Assembly (NCBI GenBank): GCA_964361185.1 | Contig: CAYHZS010000001.1 | Coordinates: forward strand, 1 to 48,043 | Direction: 5' to 3' | Length of the DNA: 48,043 nucleotides | Origin: an uncultured Candidatus Saccharibacteria bacterium | GTDB taxonomy: Bacteria > Patescibacteriota > Minisyncoccia > Phycocordibacterales > VMEP01 | Shown here: positions 18,311-26,869 of the stretch, piece after piece | Layout of the letters: every line of letters starts with the position of its first letter | Position numbering within the stretch: the stretch's first letter is position 1 | Translations under genes and position numbers: made by a program | Notes under the pieces: model-generated | Seen by the model: only the letters and a program-made list of their open reading frames with translations | What the model was told of the DNA's origin: nothing | The model's database searches: none

Positions 18311-18351
18311 ATAATAAAAAGAACTGTGCCGCAAATAATGCAACACAGTTC
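18311..18351 (-). terminator. Intrinsic terminator/attenuator candidate downstream of the Nudix-like gene
   Basis: GAACTGTG (18321-18328) pairs with CACAGTTC (18344-18351), and 3 further base pairs are possible inside the loop. On the minus strand it is followed by TTTTTATTAT. Confidence 0.45.
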
Positions 18352-18374
18352 GAAAAAAAGAATGGAAATGGAAA

Positions 18375-18902
18375 TTACTCGAGGTTATAGTAGGCCTTGA
18401 TATGTTCCTCATGACCCCGGGCAAAATTTCTCGGCTCCTTGCTTCCGGCAAACCACTGGAGCTCGATGGTCTCAATGACTGGATAAACGACCCGGCAAAG
18501 GAAGTAATGATGGACCAGATGGCCGTTATTGTCCCACCCGTAGGGGTGCGTTATGTCTTCGCGCCAGCCGATTATCCCGCCTTGTCCGACACTTTTCACT
18601 ACCTCTATTTCAATCCCGAGATCAGCGGCATGACGCCTGCAGGCTTCATACATACTTTCACCGGCGAAAACGAATCCGCCTATGGTGTGCCAAGCATTCC
18701 AGGTTCCTCCACGGTAATGGAGCAAAAGTTTGCCGCCGAACGGCGCCTCTGTTTTGTCCGCAATGATAAGTTCCACCACCGTATGCGGACAGAGAGCCAC
18801 ATACCCCGAAAACGCTTCAGGCGCTACAGGCTTCCCTCGCCCTGGAAGAGTCCTTCTTACCCAGATGAATAATCTCTGAATCAAAATCCAGATTATTTTC
18901 AT
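18375..18902 (-). CDS. Nudix-fold protein with degenerate Nudix box
   Basis: GGFVFAGESMYEACRRHAADLGIEIEV aligns with GX5EX7REUXEEXGU, but the REx2EE glutamates are replaced (RH..AD). Hydrophobic N-terminus. Hand-counted G+C is about 54% over two 60-nt blocks. Confidence 0.45.
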   Translation of the reverse strand: MKIIWILIQRLFIWVRRTLPGRGKPVAPEAFSGYVALCPHTVVELIIADKTEAPFGGKLLLHYRGGTWNAWHTIGGFVFAGESMYEACRRHAADLGIEIEVVKSVGQGGIIGWREDITHPYGWDNNGHLVHHYFLCRVVYPVIETIELQWFAGSKEPRNFARGHEEHIKAYYNLE

Positions 18903-19013
18903 TTACATACCCTTTCTCAAAAAACTGCGAGGAATTTACCTGTATTTTGTCCACATATATCCAATCGTATTGTACTCCAAAAAACACAATATGTCAACAC
19001 GATATGTTGAAAA

Positions 19014-19955
19014 TTACTTAGGTTCGTTTTGAATATCCAAACTAATAGATTGCAGAATTAACTGCACCCCGAGCAAGAATGGAACTACGAACAACATTAC
19101 TGTTGCAGGAGTCGCAATTCTGTGCAAAACAAAACTATTGAACAGTACGAAGAAACCAAAAAACACTCCCACTAAGGAAAGGATGAATCCCAACGCATAA
19201 AACAGCGAGATCGGGTGAAAATTGTATAAAGTGTATTTTAAGAATATCCTCCTCGCGAAACCTTTCAAAAATACCATGGTTATTTTCACGGAATCCCTAA
19301 AAATTCTTACCTTTGATTTCTCGTCTCCGTACCGCGCCGGTATGAATATATCCCGTATTTTCGCGTCGATCAGCGCCAGCTCTATGAGCAAGGACACTTC
19401 CAAGCTGTATCTTGGCGCTATTCGCGAAACATCAATTTTTTTGAATGTTTCGGCGCGCATTGCGGTATAACCGTTTAAAGGATCGGATATAGACCAATAT
19501 CCTGTACAAAATTTAGACACGAATGTGAGGAAAATATTCCCGATTATTCTCATTACGGGCATCTTCTTTAAATCTTGCCGGTGAAAAAAGCGATTTCCTT
19601 TCGCATAATCAGCTTTCCCTTCGATTACAGCATCAAGCAAGAGTGGCAGGTAAACGGGGTCCATCTGGTTGTCCCCCGCCATCACCACGATAATATCGGC
19701 TCCTTTATCCAGAGCGCGCGAATGCGCCTCAATTATCGCCCCACTTACTCCAAGATTTTTTTTAAAAAAAACAGGGTGGATTCTTCCGTCCCGATTACCG
19801 CATTTCAGTATTTCCTTAGCGGTATCGTCAATGCTTTTATCGTCAACAACAACAATATTATCCACAAAAGAAGGAATCGTTTCAAGGGTTTTACTGATGA
19901 GTTTCCCCTCGTTATATGCGGGAATCGAGACGGCGATTTTGTGTTCCTTGTACAT
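19014..19955 (-). CDS. GT2, GtrB/ArnC-like polyprenyl-phosphate glycosyltransferase with C-terminal transmembrane helices
   Basis: IAVSIPAYNEGKLISKTL, VVVDDKSIDDT, MAGDNQMDP, plus two C-terminal hydrophobic helices (ISLFYALGFILSLVGVFFGFFVLF, ATVMLFVVPFLLGVQLIL). Confidence 0.8.
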   Translation of the reverse strand: MYKEHKIAVSIPAYNEGKLISKTLETIPSFVDNIVVVDDKSIDDTAKEILKCGNRDGRIHPVFFKKNLGVSGAIIEAHSRALDKGADIIVVMAGDNQMDPVYLPLLLDAVIEGKADYAKGNRFFHRQDLKKMPVMRIIGNIFLTFVSKFCTGYWSISDPLNGYTAMRAETFKKIDVSRIAPRYSLEVSLLIELALIDAKIRDIFIPARYGDEKSKVRIFRDSVKITMVFLKGFARRIFLKYTLYNFHPISLFYALGFILSLVGVFFGFFVLFNSFVLHRIATPATVMLFVVPFLLGVQLILQSISLDIQNEPK

Positions 19956-19956
19956 G

Positions 19957-20481
19957 TTAAAAACGTTCTGTCACAAAACCTTCTTCGTTGACCTTCCCGT
20001 GTACCTTCGCCGGATTGCCGTATGCAAGGGCAAAGTCCGGAATACTTTCGGTAACAATCGAACCGGCGCCGACTAAGGCGAATCTTCCGATTTCCACATT
20101 CGGCAGAATAATGCTTCCAGTTCCTATTGATGCGCCGTAATGTATTATAACTGAACCGACATCCCAATCATCCGCTGATTTTAGCTTGCCGTCCGGATTG
20201 ATGGCCCGCGGATTTTTATCGTTTGTCACCACCACATGCGGGCCGATAAATACCCCGTCTTCAATAATCGCTTTATGATAAATGGAGCAGTTGTTTTGTA
20301 TCTTACAGTTATTGCCGATATCGATTCCAAAATCTATATACACATTTTTGCCGATAATGCAGTTTGATCCTATGTTTACGTTTTCACGTATCTGAACATA
20401 ATTCCATATTTTCGTATCTGCTCCGATAACAGCCTTCTCACTTACTTCCGCGGTTTTGTGTACAAAGAATTTTTTTTCCAT
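19957..20481 (-). CDS. Left-handed beta-helix (hexapeptide) sugar N-acetyltransferase, WbpD/WlbB-like
   Basis: Hexapeptide repeats (IGADTKIW, IGSNCIIGKNVYI, IGNNCKIQNNCSIY, GVFIGPHVVVTND, GAGSIVT). Layout and length match WbpD-type 3-amino-sugar acetyltransferases. Lies 1 nt from the adjacent genes on both sides. Confidence 0.75.
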   Translation of the reverse strand: MEKKFFVHKTAEVSEKAVIGADTKIWNYVQIRENVNIGSNCIIGKNVYIDFGIDIGNNCKIQNNCSIYHKAIIEDGVFIGPHVVVTNDKNPRAINPDGKLKSADDWDVGSVIIHYGASIGTGSIILPNVEIGRFALVGAGSIVTESIPDFALAYGNPAKVHGKVNEEGFVTERF

Positions 20482-20482
20482 A

Positions 20483-21424
20483 TCAGATTACAATTTTAAG
20501 GGCCTCGATTGAATCGCTGACATTATTTATTTCCCAGTTTTTCACACCTGATAAGAAATGAACCAACTCCTCTTTCAGGGGTTCTTTTTTTGACACATAA
20601 ACTTCCTTCTCTGTAGCTTTGCTTGAAATAGACACGAATTCATAAAATGAGCCGTCAAACTTTGTATTAAGAATCTTGTCGCGCAATATAAGCTTTTGCC
20701 GGATATAATCGATTTCTGCGTATCCATCGGTTCCACTGACAAACAGCTTCCTCATTTTTACCGGAGTTATCCAATTCGTCTGTATAACTCCCGTTATTTT
20801 ACCGTATTCAAGAATCATCGTGGAGGAATCGGCGGTGTTTTTTGAAAAAAGCTTTGTCCTAAGAACTCTTTTTTTATCGGGTACCCTTCCAAGCAGATAA
20901 TTGAATACGTCCACATCGTGAATGCCCAGGTCTAAAGCGACATCAGATGCCTGCTTAGGAGGCGCAATCCCAACGCGGATGGCAAGAAGGCTTATAATTT
21001 CGCCCATTCTCCCCTCAGATATTATTTTTTTGAGCTTAACAATCGCCGGATTGAATCTTTCAACATGCCCCACCATAAGAAGCACGCGGTTTTTTTTGGC
21101 GCATTTGAGCATTTCCCGCGCCTGTTTGGTATTTTCCGCTATCGGCTTTTCAATAAGCGTCGGGATTTTTTTGTTCAAACAGTCAAAAACTATTTTCTTA
21201 TGGAGATGAGTTGGAACAACCACCGAGACGGCATCGAGCTGTTCTGCCCCAATCATTTGACTGTAATCTTTGTAAAAACGGGCTCCGTACTTATCGGCAA
21301 CCTCTTTTCCTAATGTTTCATTAGTGTCCGAGACGGCAACCAAATCCGCAATCTTTGAGAAAATTCTTGCGTGATTTTTGCCCATATTGCCGACACCAAT
21401 AACTCCCACTTTATTCTTTTTCAT
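20483..21424 (-). CDS. Gfo/Idh/MocA family oxidoreductase, WbpB-like
   Basis: KVGVIGVGNMGKNHARIF Rossmann N-terminus and EKP motif (LIEKPIA). Sits between a DegT aminotransferase gene and a hexapeptide acetyltransferase gene. Confidence 0.75.
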   Translation of the reverse strand: MKKNKVGVIGVGNMGKNHARIFSKIADLVAVSDTNETLGKEVADKYGARFYKDYSQMIGAEQLDAVSVVVPTHLHKKIVFDCLNKKIPTLIEKPIAENTKQAREMLKCAKKNRVLLMVGHVERFNPAIVKLKKIISEGRMGEIISLLAIRVGIAPPKQASDVALDLGIHDVDVFNYLLGRVPDKKRVLRTKLFSKNTADSSTMILEYGKITGVIQTNWITPVKMRKLFVSGTDGYAEIDYIRQKLILRDKILNTKFDGSFYEFVSISSKATEKEVYVSKKEPLKEELVHFLSGVKNWEINNVSDSIEALKIVI

Positions 21425-22527
21425 TTCGCAGCTTTTTTTATTAGGCTAACCATAAGATCAATCTCTGAATTCTTAAGGAATGGATGAACCGGCAAAGAAA
21501 GAACCTGATTGGAAAGCGTTTCGGCGACCGGATACATTCCTTTTTTGTACGGAGTAATTTTTTTTATGTGCGGCTGCATTGGAATAACTGACGGATAGTA
21601 GACGGCTGATCGTACTCCATTTTCAAGTAGGTATTTGATGAGCTCCGCTCTCTTTATCGGAAAATCACCGGTTATACGCACGGTAAACTGATGATAAGCA
21701 TGAGCTGTCCCGTCGGTAGATTCGGGCAGAACAAGACCTGGTATATTTTTTAGTTTAGTTACCAATCTGCGCGCATTTTGATTTCTTTTTTCCGTCCATT
21801 GCTTTAAGTTACCTATTTGAGCAAGTCCTATTGAGGCCAACACGTCAGTCGAGCGGTAATTGTATCCAATATGATGGTATATATACGGCTTCTCCTGATC
21901 TTGCCCGTGCTGTCTGAATCTCCTGGCAAATTCATAAATTTCATTATTGTCGGTAACCAAAGCTCCTCCCTCTCCCATCATGATATTTTTCGTCGCGTAA
22001 AAAGAAAAGCAAGCAACATCAACCCACTTGGCTATAGGCTTTTTCATATAAGAAGCCCCGATCGCCTGGCATGAATCGCTGATAACTTTCAGGTTGTGCT
22101 TTCTGGCTATTCTTCTTATCTTTTCGTAATCGCACGAGAGGCCGTACAAATCAACTGTCAGAATAGCCTTGGTTTTTTTGGATATCTTGGCCTCGATAAG
22201 GTCAGGATCTATATTGAAAGTGCCTTCTTTTATGTCGACAAAAACCGGTTTTGCGTTGCACATAAGAATCGTATTTGCCGTAGCGATAAAAGAAAACGGT
22301 GTGGTTATAACCTCATCCCCTTTTTTTAGGCCCAGGGATGCCAATGCGGTATGCAATGCCGCTGTTCCGGAATTAACCACGGCGGCATATTTTGTACGAT
22401 TAATATCGCAAAGTTGCCTTTCAAGCTCCTTGACTCTTTCCCCTTGCGCCAGGAATCCCGAGAGCAAGACTTTTTTTACCTCGTCTTCGGTTTTTTTATC
22501 TATGAAAATTTTAGTGATATTTATCAT
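21421..22527 (-). CDS. DegT/DnrJ/EryC1/StrS family PLP-dependent sugar aminotransferase, WbpE-like
   Basis: Typical family length and blocks (NSGTAALHTAL, ITTPFSF, DSCQAIGA, SFYATKNI with the PLP lysine). The start could be 22527 (MINITK...) or 22557. ATGA overlap with the downstream gene. Confidence 0.8.
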   Translation of the reverse strand: MINITKIFIDKKTEDEVKKVLLSGFLAQGERVKELERQLCDINRTKYAAVVNSGTAALHTALASLGLKKGDEVITTPFSFIATANTILMCNAKPVFVDIKEGTFNIDPDLIEAKISKKTKAILTVDLYGLSCDYEKIRRIARKHNLKVISDSCQAIGASYMKKPIAKWVDVACFSFYATKNIMMGEGGALVTDNNEIYEFARRFRQHGQDQEKPYIYHHIGYNYRSTDVLASIGLAQIGNLKQWTEKRNQNARRLVTKLKNIPGLVLPESTDGTAHAYHQFTVRITGDFPIKRAELIKYLLENGVRSAVYYPSVIPMQPHIKKITPYKKGMYPVAETLSNQVLSLPVHPFLKNSEIDLMVSLIKKAAK

Positions 22528-22683
22528 CTTTTGATTTTTAGCGCAATACCCCTTCATCGGCCATATTCATTCTTAAGCCGAGTAGGCTGGCGTTGATTAT
22601 CCTCTTTCGTACCACATTCTACAACCATTCGCAAGGAAACCGCATTTGCTTAAAGAACTGCCGGGCTTTATCAGGAAAGACTA

Positions 22684-22692
22684 TGATATAAT
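22684..22692 (+). promoter_or_regulatory. Extended -10 element candidate (TGATATAAT) 8 nt upstream of the gtrA-like ATG
   Basis: TG-n-TATAAT at 22684-22692 with ATG at 22701 implies a leaderless or very short-leader mRNA. Pattern match only. Confidence 0.3.
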
Positions 22693-22700
22693 TACTTCTC

Positions 22701-23159
22701 ATGTTTAATTTTTTCGTGTCGCAATTTAAAAATCCGCGGCTTGTCATAAAGTATGCAACTTCCGGCGGAATCGCTTTCATTGCCCAGATGGGAATGCTTA
22801 TATTTTTGGTCGAGTACTTCCAGATGTGGCATATTTACGCGGTATTATGTGCTTTTGTTTTCGCGGCTACAATAGCCTTTTCTTTGCAAAAATTCTGGAC
22901 ATTCAGAGACCATTCCCTTGACGGCGCCCACTTTCAGATGGCTATGTATGTTGTTTTGGCTTGCGTAGCTCTTTCTCTTAATGTTCTGCTGATGTATATT
23001 TTTGTCGATATTTTAGGCATTTGGTACGTTATATCGCAAATAATCACCATCGGGTTGGTTGCAATGGTCACTTTTTTATGCAATAAGAATATTATATTTA
23101 ACAGAAAATTGAAACTGTTTCGCCGGGAACCTGAAGCATCGGAGATTGCGGAAAAGTAA
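22701..23159 (+). CDS. GtrA family membrane protein (putative lipid-linked sugar translocase)
   Basis: 152 aa with four hydrophobic helices. KYATSGGIAFIAQMGMLIFLVEY and SLQKFWTFRD are typical of GtrA-like proteins. Confidence 0.75.
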   Translation: MFNFFVSQFKNPRLVIKYATSGGIAFIAQMGMLIFLVEYFQMWHIYAVLCAFVFAATIAFSLQKFWTFRDHSLDGAHFQMAMYVVLACVALSLNVLLMYIFVDILGIWYVISQIITIGLVAMVTFLCNKNIIFNRKLKLFRREPEASEIAEK

Positions 23160-23215
23160 AATTATTAACCAGCGCTATTACATGAATAAGACAGAAGAAC
23201 AAAGCTGCAGAAAAA

Positions 23216-24589
23216 ATGACAGAATTCTTAAAAAATCATAAGACGGAAATTTTTATTTTTCTTCTGGCTTTAATAGTCAGGATGATTTTGTTTTTTGTGT
23301 ACGTCCATGCGAACGAAGGAAACATTGACGGAACAATACACGGACAAGACGGCTATTACGAACTGGGAAAGAGCCTAATCGCGGGAAAAGGCTTTTCATG
23401 GGACGGCGTCTTGCCGAGTCCTTTCCATGTGCCTCTTTTCCCTCTATTTCTTGCCGTATCGCTTTTCTTGTCCGGCAGTCTATTGCCGGCTCTTGGTTTG
23501 CAGATGATACTGGGTGCTATCGTGCCTGTGCTTGGAAGGAGAATCTCCCTCAAACTTATATCCTCCGAAAAAATAGGTTTTTGGATCGGTCTGACACTCG
23601 CCCTTGAGCCGAATTTTATCCTGCATTCATTCATTTTTTACTCCGAAACTTTATTCTTATTCTTGTTCTCCCTCTTTATCCTTTCGTTTATATCGTATCT
23701 TGAAAAAAAAGACGTCAAAATTCTGTGCTTAAGCGCGTTTTTGCTCGGAATTTCGGTACTTACCAAAACAGTCGTGCAGTTTTTGCCAATTCTGCTTATA
23801 CCGCTTATGTGGTGGTTCCTACGCAAAGATTATACGACTAAAAAAATAGCCATTCACAGCGCTTTATTCGTGGCTATTTTTATCCTGGCTATTTCCCCGT
23901 GGTTTTACCGGAATTACCGCACTTTCGACACCATAAGCACAACAGTAATGCCCACTTACAACCTTTACAGTTGTTTTGTCCCTTCGGTGCTGGCCATAGC
24001 CAACCGCACTAGCTTTGCCGAGGAGCAGAAGAATTTTACTGTCGGCAAGCCAAACAACATTCTTAATATTACTTTCGCGAATACTTCAGTATTTAACCGC
24101 GAAGCACTCGAAACGATAAAGAAGTACCCATTGGCGATTCTTGAAGTTTCAGCCATAAATGTCCTTACTTTCTTTACCCACGACGGAATACTGACGGTAA
24201 TTGAGAACGCCGGTATTCACCCGAAAAGCTACCTTTCCAAACCGGCCATAATACTTCTCTTCTCGTCGCCGTATGAATTTGTAAAAGTTATCTCTAAATA
24301 CCTCTGGTCTCCTTTTGTCCTGGTGCTTATCATGAGACTATTTTGGATTGCGATAACAGCCACTTTTTTATGGGGAATTATCGTGCTCATGCGAAAGAAA
24401 GAGGTGACAGCTTATATTGCCTTTGCTTTGGTTCTCGTGGCTTATTTTGCGCTTACGACCCCATCTAATGGCTTGTGCGCGAACGGCAGATTTCGAATGC
24501 CGGTTGAGCCGGTAATTCTGGCCGTATCTTATTACGGCATTTACTATTCTCTTCTCCGTTTTGGCAAAAAAGGGGGAACGCTAACCTAA
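23216..24589 (+). CDS. GT-C fold membrane glycosyltransferase (ArnT/PMT_2, GT39/GT83-like)
   Basis: About 11-12 transmembrane segments. The first loop GQDGYYELGKSLIAGKGFSW...FHVPLFPLFLA resembles the D-x-x-Y...G-x-GF...PLYP signature of ArnT/PMT_2 proteins. Confidence 0.7.
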   Translation: MTEFLKNHKTEIFIFLLALIVRMILFFVYVHANEGNIDGTIHGQDGYYELGKSLIAGKGFSWDGVLPSPFHVPLFPLFLAVSLFLSGSLLPALGLQMILGAIVPVLGRRISLKLISSEKIGFWIGLTLALEPNFILHSFIFYSETLFLFLFSLFILSFISYLEKKDVKILCLSAFLLGISVLTKTVVQFLPILLIPLMWWFLRKDYTTKKIAIHSALFVAIFILAISPWFYRNYRTFDTISTTVMPTYNLYSCFVPSVLAIANRTSFAEEQKNFTVGKPNNILNITFANTSVFNREALETIKKYPLAILEVSAINVLTFFTHDGILTVIENAGIHPKSYLSKPAIILLFSSPYEFVKVISKYLWSPFVLVLIMRLFWIAITATFLWGIIVLMRKKEVTAYIAFALVLVAYFALTTPSNGLCANGRFRMPVEPVILAVSYYGIYYSLLRFGKKGGTLT

Positions 24590-24595
24590 GGTCCG

Positions 24596-25759
24596 TCACT
24601 CTCCTTCTTGAAAATTCATGAAGTCGGCAACACGCCCGGCGCGCTTTTCCCATGTATGGTCTTTGACCCATTCGTAAGCCACGTCGGATCTGGAAATTGA
24701 TTCCTCCTTGTTCAAAGCGGCAAATTCTATGCCACGAGCAAGCGCTTCCGGATCATCTGGGTTTACCAAAAAAGCGCTCTTTTCACCAACCAGTTCCATA
24801 ATTGAAGGTATCCGAGAAGCCACTATCGGACGCCTGCTGGCCGCATACCCAAAAATCTTCATGGGCGAAGTATAATATTTTGAGATATCTTCTTTCGCGG
24901 TATTCGGCAAAACCAAAACATCGGCGGCTTTTTGCCACAACGAAATCTCCGAGTGCGGACGGAAACCGGCTATGAGAATATTTTTATTCGCACCATAATC
25001 ATTTTTAAACTTAGCAATGTCTTCTTTGGTACCACCGACAAAAATTGTCAGGTAATCATTGCCTAAATTACCCGTAGCCTCCGCCAAAGTATCGGTCCCT
25101 TTCCACCCGTAAAGATGACCCGTATAAACCGCTATTTTCTTATCTTTGGGCAAACCAAGTTCTTCACGCGCCTCTTCCTTTGAAACAGGTGTATCGAATT
25201 CTTCAATGTCCTCCGCGTTCTGCTCGCATAATATTTTTTCTTCGGCAACCTTAAAAATATTCTTTACCCTCTCCGCTTTCCACATATTATGCGCCAGTAC
25301 CCATTTCATCCGGCGAATGAAAAAACTGAACGGAGCAAGTTTACTTTCCGGAAAATCGTGCATCTCATAAAAAGTATTCGGGAAAATAAACGACGCTAAA
25401 AATAGCGGCAATGACTCATTGGAATAAATAATATCCGGCCGGGAAGCCTTGAGTAGAAGATAAAAAAAACAACCAACGGAAAAAGAAGCGAAGGAAAACC
25501 AAAAAGACAAAACTCTCCAGAACGGGATAAAGTAAAAATCTATAACCGGCAGATAAACCACGCGGAAATTGTTTTTAACGTGGTAATAAGAATACGGACT
25601 TTCCTTCTTTCTGCCGATCCTCCGCGGCACGATTAAAATGACTTTGATATTTTTATCGGCAAACGCTTCGGCGTTTTTGGCGACAAAAAGAGAAGCAGCC
25701 TTTTCGCTCGGGAAACGGCCATGAAAAATAAGGAAAAGCCTCCTGGGTCGAGATTGCAT
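24596..25759 (-). CDS. GT4-like glycosyltransferase (GT-B) with a hydrophobic insertion
   Basis: GHLYGWKGTDTL, LVLPNTAKEDISKYYTSPMKIFGYAASRRPIVASRIPSIMELV. A hydrophobic stretch is present near residues 75-105. Confidence 0.65.
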   Translation of the reverse strand: MQSRPRRLFLIFHGRFPSEKAASLFVAKNAEAFADKNIKVILIVPRRIGRKKESPYSYYHVKNNFRVVYLPVIDFYFIPFWRVLSFWFSFASFSVGCFFYLLLKASRPDIIYSNESLPLFLASFIFPNTFYEMHDFPESKLAPFSFFIRRMKWVLAHNMWKAERVKNIFKVAEEKILCEQNAEDIEEFDTPVSKEEAREELGLPKDKKIAVYTGHLYGWKGTDTLAEATGNLGNDYLTIFVGGTKEDIAKFKNDYGANKNILIAGFRPHSEISLWQKAADVLVLPNTAKEDISKYYTSPMKIFGYAASRRPIVASRIPSIMELVGEKSAFLVNPDDPEALARGIEFAALNKEESISRSDVAYEWVKDHTWEKRAGRVADFMNFQEGE

Positions 25760-25783
25760 ACGTAAACGATTGTAGCAAATTTA

Positions 25784-25792
25784 GTGTTATAA
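25784..25792 (+). promoter_or_regulatory. Extended -10 element candidate (TGTTATAAT) in the 45-nt divergent intergenic region
   Basis: TG-n-TATAAT at 25784-25792, 12 nt upstream of ATG 25805. Pattern match only. Confidence 0.3.
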
Positions 25793-25804
25793 TTAAAGGG
25801 CAAA

Positions 25805-26869
25805 ATGAAATTCTGCTATATAAATACAGAAAATATATATCCCCAGGACAGGCACCTAATAGACGGGCTCCGTGAAAACGGGCACGATGTTTTTGAACTT
25901 TCCGAAAAAACCCCGGGCTTCCGTAAATACCTGAATGTCATAAAACACTTCTGGGTGGAGGAAAAAGCCTATGATGCCGTATTCGTGGGTTTCACCTCTC
26001 CCTTTTTTGTGGTTGCCATGAGATTAACCTCGACCAAAAAAATATTTTTCAACGCCGGCCAGTCGCAATATGAGGCAAATATCATTTCAAGAAACGAAAA
26101 CGGCCTAAGACCCCTTAAAATATTCAAGTGGTGGATAATAGATTTCATTTCATTCCATTTATCATCCCTGGTTCTTCTTGAAAGCAACGCACAGATTGAG
26201 TTCATACGCAAACTATTTTTCGTTCCAAAAAGAAAGCTCGTCAGGTCATGGGCGGGAGTGAACGAAAAGGAATTTTTTTATGATCCTAAGGTAAAGAAAC
26301 GTGATGTATTTACGGCGCTCTTCAGGGGGCGCTTTCTGCCCGAGTCGGGAATACTTACTATCTTAGAGGCAGCAAAAAAACTGGAAAATGATGGGGTACG
26401 ATTCCTCGTTATCGGCCATGGATTTATGTACCGGGAAGTAAATTCCCTTATGGATAAGCTCAAGCCGTCAAATATCGAGATGATTACCGAAAAAATCCCG
26501 ATAGAGGAACTTCGAAAAAAAATGCTTGAATGCCACTTAAGCTTGGGTCAGATGGCGGACCATCCAAGACTTAAACGCACCCTTCCCTGCAAGCTATTTG
26601 AAAGCCTGGCAATGAAGCTTCCTTATCTCACGGGCAAAAATGCCGGAGCCCTAGAGCTCCTTGAAGAAGGTAAAACCTGCTTCATGGTGGAACCCGGCAA
26701 TTCCACGGAACTGGCACAGAAAATTATTTTCCTGAAAAACAACCCTGAAATTCTTAAAGATGTGGCGGAGGAAGGATACAAGCTTTATGCGGAAAAACTT
26801 ACTTCTGCGGAACTAGCTAGGAATTTTGTCGAAATGTTAAAAAAACGTCTCTCTCGCAACCCATTTTAG
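25805..26869 (+). CDS. GT-B glycosyltransferase (GT1/GT4-like)
   Basis: C-terminal half GRFLPESGILTILEAAKKL...FLVIGHG...CKLFESLAMKLPYLTGKNAGALELLEEGKTCFMV. Confidence 0.65.
   Translation: MKFCYINTENIYPQDRHLIDGLRENGHDVFELSEKTPGFRKYLNVIKHFWVEEKAYDAVFVGFTSPFFVVAMRLTSTKKIFFNAGQSQYEANIISRNENGLRPLKIFKWWIIDFISFHLSSLVLLESNAQIEFIRKLFFVPKRKLVRSWAGVNEKEFFYDPKVKKRDVFTALFRGRFLPESGILTILEAAKKLENDGVRFLVIGHGFMYREVNSLMDKLKPSNIEMITEKIPIEELRKKMLECHLSLGQMADHPRLKRTLPCKLFESLAMKLPYLTGKNAGALELLEEGKTCFMVEPGNSTELAQKIIFLKNNPEILKDVAEEGYKLYAEKLTSAELARNFVEMLKKRLSRNPF

Noticed and set aside
18994-19010. TCAACA-CGATA-TGTTGA hairpin downstream of the GtrB-like gene, considered as a terminator.
   Set aside because: It is only a 6-bp AT-rich stem, and on the minus strand the T-run starts about 10 nt after the stem. 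This is too weak to call.
19765-19780. T8A8 tract, together with other A8/T8 homopolymers in coding regions (near 20468-20475, 21085-21095, 25451-25470, 33335-33345), considered as phase-variation switches.
   Set aside because: Runs of 7-8 A/T mostly encode Lys/Phe in AT-rich genes and are expected by composition. Without read-level length variation they are not evidence for phase variation.
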